Assembly (NCBI GenBank): GCA_951406725.2
Contig: OX597833.1
Location: forward strand, 47,430,001 to 47,494,000
Direction of reading: 5' to 3'
Length of the DNA stretch: 64,000 nt
Origin: Octopus vulgaris
Taxonomy: Eukaryota
In this document: in pieces, positions 56,087-64,000 of the stretch
How the letters are laid out: each line of letters begins with the position of its first letter
Numbering within the stretch: position 1 is the stretch's first letter
Made by a program: the position numbers and the translations under genes
The notes under the pieces: model-generated
The model's input: the letters and a program-made list of their open reading frames with translations, nothing else
Told to the model about the DNA's origin: nothing
Database searches by the model: none

Positions 56087-56089
<3 letters not shown>
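54077..56089 (-). mobile_element. Composite non-autonomous Helitron tandem (partial unit 54077-54526, full unit 54527-56089)
   Basis: Junction TAATAAGA/CTAGCAG at 54526/54527. Right end TAATAAGA followed by (TA)n. Confidence 0.88.
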
Positions 56090-56144
<55 letters not shown>

Positions 56145-56296
56145 TACTAATATAGGATGAAGTTTTTTCTCTACAGAAAAAAATTCCATCAATAAATGTG
56201 GCAGCATATTTAAATACCTTTACGGTTAAAATTATAAATAAGGGCTAAAGAAAATGATTTCAATGCAATAATTTTCTTTAGCCCTATATATATATA

Positions 56297-59200
56297 CTAG
56301 CAGTATCGCCCGGCGTTGCTCGGTTTGTAAGGGAAATAACTATATAAGCATTTTTAGAGAGTTATAGCCAAAAAATAGCAAAAAAATGCATTAAAAATTG
56401 AAAAAAAATTAAGGTAAATTTTTTTTTTAAATCGTTGACACATCGTAGATATTTTTAGAGAGTTACTTCCCTTATATAAAAGCGAAAAAAATGCATTAAA
56501 ATGGAAAAATATGATGGTAAATTTTTTAAAAATCGTAGACTCATCGTAGACGCGCGCTAATACCCAGAAGGGCTCGATATGAATCACGACTATAAGATAC
56601 CCGCTTTTGGTTAAACTGCACCGCAAAATGTGGGAGTAGTTACGAATCTAAATCGAAGGGGACAGACACACAACTTCACTCTTATATAAAGATGCTTTTT
56701 TTTTTCAGTGATAGAGTTAGATTTATGAAGGTCTTCAGTAGAAAATCCTTCGAATTCTGACTCGCTGCTTGATATAATGAAATTCGTATCCATTTTTTGT
56801 CAGAATTACAAATTTTGAAAAGACAATAGGAACAAATTTCGGAAAAAAATCTCCCATAATTCACGGAATTAAAATTACACTTTGATTTTTGTACAAAACT
56901 GTATTTGAAGTGTTTACGAAGTATAATACGTGTTTTCACGAATGTACTAAAGAGATTTACTCTGATATTCTCATTTAAATATGAATAGGTAAATTCGGGC
57001 GGTTTGGTAACGAAAGGGTTTATATAAGTGTCGTCTGTTTATACATAAACACTGTTTCATAGTTTCAGTTTAGTCTTCCTCAAATCACTCTGTCGCTAAT
57101 TTACTCTCTTCCAAGAACATTTTCACTCACTGTTATCTGTTAGCTCCCCATACATTTTACTCATGTATCTATCAGCGTGATAGAGAGAAACAAATATTAC
57201 ATCTAGCTTCACTTTATTCGTTGCCCACTGTGTGTGTGCGTTTGCGTGTGCTGTAAACCAGACTAAGAAAAGCATTTGACACACACACCAGAATGTGAGT
57301 TTTCTGTAAATTTTGCTTAATTGGAGTTTAAATTTTAAAAACTGGACCTGGCATGACGCGATGCATTGTACTCTTAAAAATGCCAGGTAAATTGTAATTG
57401 AAGAAATCCTATATTGTAGATTTGTATAACTCCCAAAGGGAGGCAGATAAAATCTGCCTTTTATAATAAGACTAGCATTATCGCCCGGCGTTGCTCGGGT
57501 TTGTAAGGGAAATAACTATATAAGCATTTTTAGAGAGTTATAGCCAAAAAATAGCAAAAAAATGCATTAAAAATTGGAAAAAAATTAAGGTAAATTTTTT
57601 CTAAATCGTTGACACGTCGTAGATATTTTTAGAGAGTTACTTCCCTTATATAAAAGCGAAAAAAATGCATTAAAATGGAAAAATATGATGGTAAATTTTT
57701 TTAAAATCGTAGACTCATCGTAGACGCACGCTAATACCCAGAAGGGCTCGATATGAATCACGACTATAAGATACCCGCTTTTGGTTAAACTGCACCGCAA
57801 AATGTGGGAGTAGTTAGGAATCTAAATCGTAGGAGACAGACACACAACTTCACTCTTATATAAAGATGCTTTTTTTTTCAGTCATAGAGTTAGATTTATG
57901 AAGGTCTTCAGTAGAAAATCCTTCGAATTCTGACTCGCTGCTTGATATAATGAAATTCGTATCCATTTTTTGTCAGAATTACAAATTTTGAAAACACAAT
58001 AGGAAATGAGTAAAATAAAAACCAATTTACCTTTTCTGTCCGTCCGTGTGTCTTTGCAAATGTGTTGGAATGATAAGTGAGTTGTGATTTGGCGCCTTTT
58101 TTTACTAATAACAAACACACACGTGTTTGTATGTAGTTGTATGTGTATGTAGTTGTATATGTATGTGTATGCGTGTGTGTGAAGAATGACACACACACAC
58201 TCACGCACGCACACATGTACATCAATGCTTTCGGAGTGATATGTTAAAATATTGAGTTTTCTCGAATTTTGTCTTAATTGGTGGTAAAATTGAAAGAAAT
58301 TTTTTATGGCATCACCCACTGAAGTACTCTGAAAAATCTTAGGTAAACTCTAATTGAAGAAATTGTGTATTTATTTGTTTCTGTTTGCTGTGTTTTTTTA
58401 TTTTTTGAGTAGTGGTTTAAATACTTTCACTTTAGTCTTCCTCAAATCACTTTGTCGCTATTTACTTTCATTTTATTCGTCGCACACTGTGTGTGTGCGT
58501 TTGCGTGTGGTGTAAACCAGACTAAGAAAAGCATTTGACACACACACCAGAATGTGAGTTTTCTGTAAATTTTGCTTAATTGGAGTTTAAATTTTAAAAA
58601 CTGGACCTGGCATGACGCGATGCATTGTACTCTTAAAAATGCTAGGTAAATTGTAATTGAAGAAATCCTATATTGTAGATTTGTATAACTCCCAAAGGGA
58701 GGCAGATAAAATCTGCCTTTTATAATAAGACTAGCAGTATCGCCCGGCGTTGCTCGGGTTTGTAAGGGAAATAACTATATAAGCATTTTTAGAGAGTTAT
58801 AGCCAAAAAGTAGCAAAAAAATGCATTAAAAATTGAAAAAAAATTAAGGTAAATTTTTCTTTAAATCGTTGACACATCGTAGATATTTTTAGAGAGTTAC
58901 TTCCTTATATAAAAGCGAAAAAATGCATTAAAATGGAAAAATATGATGGTAATTTTTTTTTAAATCGTAGACTCATCGTAGACGCGCGCTAATACCCAGA
59001 AGGGCTCGTTTGTTATTCTGGGTAACTTTCTGTAAAATTATTAAAATTTTGTTCAAACATCGCTATAGAAAATGGGTTATTAGCTAATATTCAATTGGGT
59101 ATACAACAAAATTTTACGATAGAATTTGTTATTCTGGGTAACTTTCTGTAAAATTATTAAAATTTTGTTCAAACATCGCTATAGAAAATGGGTTATTAGC

Positions 59201-59862
59201 TAATATTCAATTGGGTATACAACAAAATTTTACAATAGAATTTGTTATTCTGGGTAACTTTCTGATACCCATAATAATATTTATGGCAAAATAGGCCTTA
59301 ATTTCATTTAAGATTGTGGGAAATAACAAACTATCCTTTCTTTCGGTTTGTTTACGTTTAGCGTAATGATTTCAAATAGGCTCATTCGAAAAAGTAAATA
59401 GAAATAGTCTAAGGCTTTACTCTTCTGGGAAAGTCAGTGGCTTGGTCCAGTTTCTTCAGAAAACTCACCGAAAGAAACAGTTTTTAAATTTTCACTCCAT
59501 TCAGGTACCAATTCGTTTTCTTTATCGCTGTCGGATTCACTGTTTTCACTTTAATAGCTGCCAACTTGCAAAACAAAGGAGGAGAAGGGTGATAGCGTCA
59601 GTGAAACAATTCGCTCCCTTTGTGTGTGTGTGCGTTTGCGTGTGGTGTAAACCAGACTAAGAAAAACATTTGACACGCACACCAGAATGTGAGTTTTCTG
59701 TAAATTTTGCTTAATTGGAGTTTAAATTTTAAAAACTGGACCTGGCATGACGCGATGCATTGTACTCTTAAAATTGCTAGGTAAATTGTAATTGAAGAAA
59801 TCCTATATTGTAGATTTGTATAACTCCCAAAGGGAGGCAGATAAAATCTGCCTTTTATAATA

Positions 59863-59867
<5 letters not shown>
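56297..59867 (-). mobile_element. Composite non-autonomous Helitron trimer (56297-57471, 57472-58730, 58731-59865)
   Basis: Exact head-to-tail junctions at 57471/57472 and 58730/58731; flanked by (TA)n on both sides. Confidence 0.9.
59009..59264. repeat. 116-bp tandem repeat (2.2 copies) inside the last Helitron unit
   Basis: TTTGTTATTCTGGGTAACTTTCTG starts at 59009, 59125 and 59241. Confidence 0.92.
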
Positions 59868-59926
<59 letters not shown>

Positions 59927-60017
59927 AGAGTTTACGAAAACAAACACAAAAGACGAAGACAGGTGGTGTACAAAACAAACAGATGTATTAGTATAACGCT
60001 CAGGAATAGAAAAAAGT

Positions 60018-60053
60018 CTTTTACGTTTCGAGCCTACGCACTTCTACAGAAAG
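60018..60053 (-). ncRNA. Hammerhead-like motif (CTGTAGA core variant), same module family as 50735-50950
   Basis: CTTT CTGTAGA AGTGC-GTAG-GCTC GAAA CG TA AAAG. Confidence 0.5.
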
Positions 60054-60617
60054 GGACACAGAAAAAATAAGGAGAGGAAAAAAATGTGTGTAGTGGACTA
60101 ATGGGTATATGTCAATTAGTGTGTTGATGTGCTGAGTAAAGCACTGGTACGGTTTGGGCCACCTGGTGTCATCTGCAGCTGGATCTACTCCAGGAATTCC
60201 ACAGTGGTAGTTGAGATAATAATAACTGATTAAGTAACCAGAAGATGGATTTGTTATTAGTCTTTATTTTGTTCAACGATCGTTTCGATCCATCCTTTTA
60301 CTGTCCCTCATGGGTGGGACTCCGTTCAACATGTGTTGCATACATTTTGTAGTCTGGGTCACATCAAGTACATAAAGTGGTGTGTCGCTAAAGATTTTGA
60401 GTTAGGGCAATCATGTTGTTATTTGCTCGCTCCAGTTAGGGAATCCCTACTATATGTATGAACGTAGTTGATGTGACCCCCACACTGCAAAATGGATGCA
60501 ACACAACATGATGCATAGAATCCCACCCATAAAGGATAGTAGCAGGATGGGCCGAAACGATCGTCGTATAATATAAAGACCAGTATCAAATCCATGTTCA
60601 GATTCCTTATTTACACA

Positions 60618-60684
<67 letters not shown>

Positions 60685-61664
60685 ACAGACTCACACAGAC
60701 ACACACATACACACACGCACACTATCTCTTATCCTTATAAAAAGCAAAGTTTGTTTGTTTGTACGTTGATCGCCGAAAACACTAAATAAAATGGATAATA
60801 TTTCAGGTTTTTCGTGCCATTTAAATGAATTTGACCATTCCGCGGATAAATGTGCACTTCTTTTCCGAAAACAGACTGGTAAGGATGAGATTGGTGGTGC
60901 ATTGGTTCCTATTTCTAGCAATCCACGTACTGTCTATTTCACCGTAGAGTATATATATCCGTATAAAAAAGCAAATTTTGTTTTTTCGTTGACCGCTGAA
61001 AACACTAAATAAAATTGATATTTCAGGTTTTTCGTGTCATTTAAATTAACTTGACCATTCCACAGATAAATGTGCCTTTCTTTTTCCAAAACGGAATGGG
61101 TGGAGGTGGGGCTGGGTTGTTAGTGCATTGGTTCCTATTTCTAGCAATCCACGTGCTGTCTATTTCACAGTAATACTTTTTACGGAGTGAAAAATACTTC
61201 ACCTATCACTCAACCGACCTCTAATTTTCTCTAAGTTATACATTGCATTTATTCCTTTGAAGTCGCCGCCGGATCTCAGCTTTCTCTCTATCTATACACC
61301 CGTCTTTATGTCTCTATCTCCCCCCTCTCTCTCGTTGTATATGTGTGTCTCTCTACCTCTACCTCTTTTTCTCTCTTGAGATAAATATGTGAGACATATA
61401 GAAAGCGGGGTTAGGGAGAAAAAAACAAGCAAGACACAGGTGAGTGGAGATAGCCACATTTATAAACCTATCGACAAAACTGTCGATGAGGACGATTCTG
61501 TTCATTTTCCTGATGAATTCCTCAACAGTCCGGAACCATCCGGTATACCGCCACACAACCTTGAATTGAAGAAGGGCGCAGTCATCATGCTTCTCAAAAA
61601 CTTGGATCAGCCAAGATTGCGCAATGGTACACATATGGTTGCGACTGAACTACAGCCTCGCCTT

Positions 61665-61801
61665 AGGCGCAGGAGTGGCTGTGTGGTAAGTAGCTTGCTT
61701 ACCAACCACATGGTTCCGGGTTCAGTGTCTTCTACTATAGCCTCGGGCCGACCAAAACCTTGTGAGTGGATTTGGTAGACGGAAACTGAAAGAAGCCTGT
61801 C

Positions 61802-61894
<93 letters not shown>

Positions 61895-62180
61895 CGTGCG
61901 TGTGTGTGTGTGTGTGTGTGTGTGAGTGTGTGTGTGTGTGAGTGGGTGTGTGTGTATGTGTGTGTTTGTGTCTGTGTTTGTCCCTCCAACATCGCTTGAT
62001 AACCGATGCTGGTGTGTTTACATCCCCGTCACTTAGCGGTTCGGCAAAAGAGACCGATAGAATAAGTACTAGGCTTACAAAGAATAAGTTCTGAGGTCGA
62101 TGTGCTCGACTAAAGGCGGTGCTCCAGCATGACCGTAGTCAAATGACTGAAACAAGCAAAAGAGTAAAAGAGTAAAGAGT
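61665..62180 (+). mobile_element. Group A SINE inserted in the Helitron helicase
   Basis: Head to (GTAAAAGA)n tail; the helicase frame resumes afterwards. Confidence 0.9.
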
Positions 62181-62444
62181 TATCAAAGCAAAAGTCCTCA
62201 CTGGCTGTGGTAAGGGAGACACTGTATTCATACGTAGAATACCACTAATACCAACAGATGTCCCCTTTCGTTTCAAGCGATTGCAATTCCCAGTGAGGGT
62301 CAGTTACGCAAGTCTCAAAGTAAAACACTGGAGATTGTCGGTCTCCGTCTAGAAGAGGGCTGTTTCTCACATGGTCAATTGTATGTAGGTTGTTCCAGAG
62401 TGGGAAGCCCACAGATTCTTCATATATGCATGAGTGGCTGTGTT

Positions 62445-62632
62445 AGGCGAAGGAGTGGCTGCGTGGTAAGTTGCTTGCTTACGAACCACATGGTTCTGGG
62501 TTCAGTCCCACTGCGTGGCACCTTGGGCAAGTGTCTTCTACTATAGCCTCGGGCCGACCAAAGCCTTGTGAGTGGATTTGGTAGACGGAAACTGAAAGAA
62601 GCCCATCGTATATATGTATGTATATATATATG

Positions 62633-62705
<73 letters not shown>

Positions 62706-62912
62706 ATTTGTGTATCTGTGCTTGTTCCCTCAACATCGCTTGACAACCGACGCTGGTGTGTTTACGTCCCCGTCACTTAGCAGTTCGGCAAGAGAACCCG
62801 ATAGAATAAGTACTAGGCTTACAAAGAATAAGTCTTGGGGTCGATTTGCTCGACTAAAGGCGGTGCTCCAGCATGGCCGCAGTCAAATGACTGAAACAAA
62901 TAAAAGAAAAAA
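62445..62912 (+). mobile_element. Group A SINE inserted in the Helitron helicase
   Basis: Full-length copy; NIVYAEVL* follows. Confidence 0.9.
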
Positions 62913-63185
62913 AATACGTTCCAAAGAAAAATGTTTAAAACATTGTATATGCTGAGGTTTTGTAAATGTGTTATAATTTTCGTACAATACATTTCTCTGT
63001 TATTATCTATATTACTTTCCGTATCTCGATATTCTAAATAAATTTGTAAAATTATGTTCTGCAACATTTAAATACTTTTTAACAATTTTTCTTGTAAGGA
63101 AAATGGGCATTATGATAGTTGCCAATATGTGCCTTATGAATACATTTCAACACCGGGCCGAAGGCCGGGGGGCCCGCTAGTATAT

Positions 63186-63598
63186 ACTTACTTACTTGTA
63201 CTTGTGGCGACATTCACCTTGGGCGGGTTGAGTCGGCTTCTTCTACCACCCTCGAGGCATCTCGAACCATGGCGGTGGAAGAAGTTTCGTGGGAATATGT
63301 GGATTTCACAAGCGGTCCCCAACAATCCCGCACGTAGAGACATCCTATTTGCCGCAGATTGTCCGCAGACGCAGGGACAGAACGACCGAGGAGCCGCCGT
63401 TTGCCGAAGCAGACACTCCGAGGATTTTCACCAGAGCCCCCCCCCCCCCCGTCTGCCGGGTTGTGGCCCTAATACCACTCGGTGTCAGACCAATCCGCCT
63501 TGGGTGGCCCTACCAGGAACCGAAGTTCCCGACGGCATAGCTCTGACACTACCCGTTGCGCCAGCGTCCCCACCACGGTGAGGAGGGGATGGATTTTA
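63186..63598 (-). mobile_element. GC-rich bipartite non-autonomous RTE derivative
   Basis: Minus strand starts CCTCACCGTGGTGGGG..GAGCTATGCCGTCGGG..CCTGGTAGGGCCACCCAAGGCGG (RTE 5' UTR-like) and ends in (AAGT)n. Confidence 0.7.
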
Positions 63599-63737
63599 GG
63601 GACAAAATAAGAATGTGCGTGGTGTTACGCTAAATGATATGTTAACAAATTACATTGCTGAACAACAAGCGGAAAATACACACATAGGATGTTGCTAAAC
63701 TCTCGTCAGTTATCGTCCAAAGGACGTTTGTTGTGCT

Positions 63738-63777
<40 letters not shown>

Positions 63778-63782
63778 TAAGG

Positions 63783-64000
63783 GTAAATGGTAAAGACCCT
63801 CACCGGTCATGACTATCCATAGGATTGCACCTAGAAAGTAAACCTCCCAGGCACAAGTCCGGGCAAGCTTGTTTGTGGAAGACCAGCAGTCGCCCATGCA
63901 CACCAGCCTCCTATCTCCATGCCACCGATGTTATCCAAAGGAAAGACAAAAGTTGATACAGCTTGGCACCTGTGATGTCGCAACTCATTTCTACATCTGA
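63783..64000 (-). mobile_element. SINE with RTE-5'UTR-like body (runs off the window end)
   Basis: Reverse complement of 24760-24965. Confidence 0.8.

Larger units (their letters stand above)
60725..63180 (+). mobile_element. Second decayed Helitron with duplicated 5' end and a helicase C-terminus split by two SINEs
   Basis: 5' A/TC..TATAAAAAGCAAAGTTTG. Helicase pieces at 61446-61664 (FPDEFLNS..GIPPHNLELKKG..NGT) and 62182-62428 (LTGCGKG..FKRLQFPV..HGQLYVGCSRVG). 3' GGCC-GAA-GGCC hairpin, then GCTAG/T. Confidence 0.88.

Overview
AT-rich, microsatellite-dense animal genomic DNA. The SINE families and repeat landscape suggest an octopod cephalopod (inference). One host coding exon is recognisable: the first coding exon of an SLC16/monocarboxylate-transporter-like gene on the minus strand (5292-5505). 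Most of the rest is mobile-element derived. It includes three tRNA-related SINE groups, CR1-group, RTE and R4/Dong LINE fragments, a mariner fragment, a hAT MITE, two decayed PIF1-helicase Helitrons and a head-to-tail array of composite non-autonomous Helitrons. It also holds ten MITE copies or fragments with GGATC termini and internal TTAGGG repeats, eight of them with 8-bp target duplications. The strongest hidden signal is a set of minimal hammerhead-ribozyme motifs in short, often fold-back modules inserted in or next to (TA)n/(CA)n tracts, resembling Penelope-like element termini. Most ORFs in the supplied track are microsatellite artefacts. All family assignments come from motif recognition by eye, not database searches.
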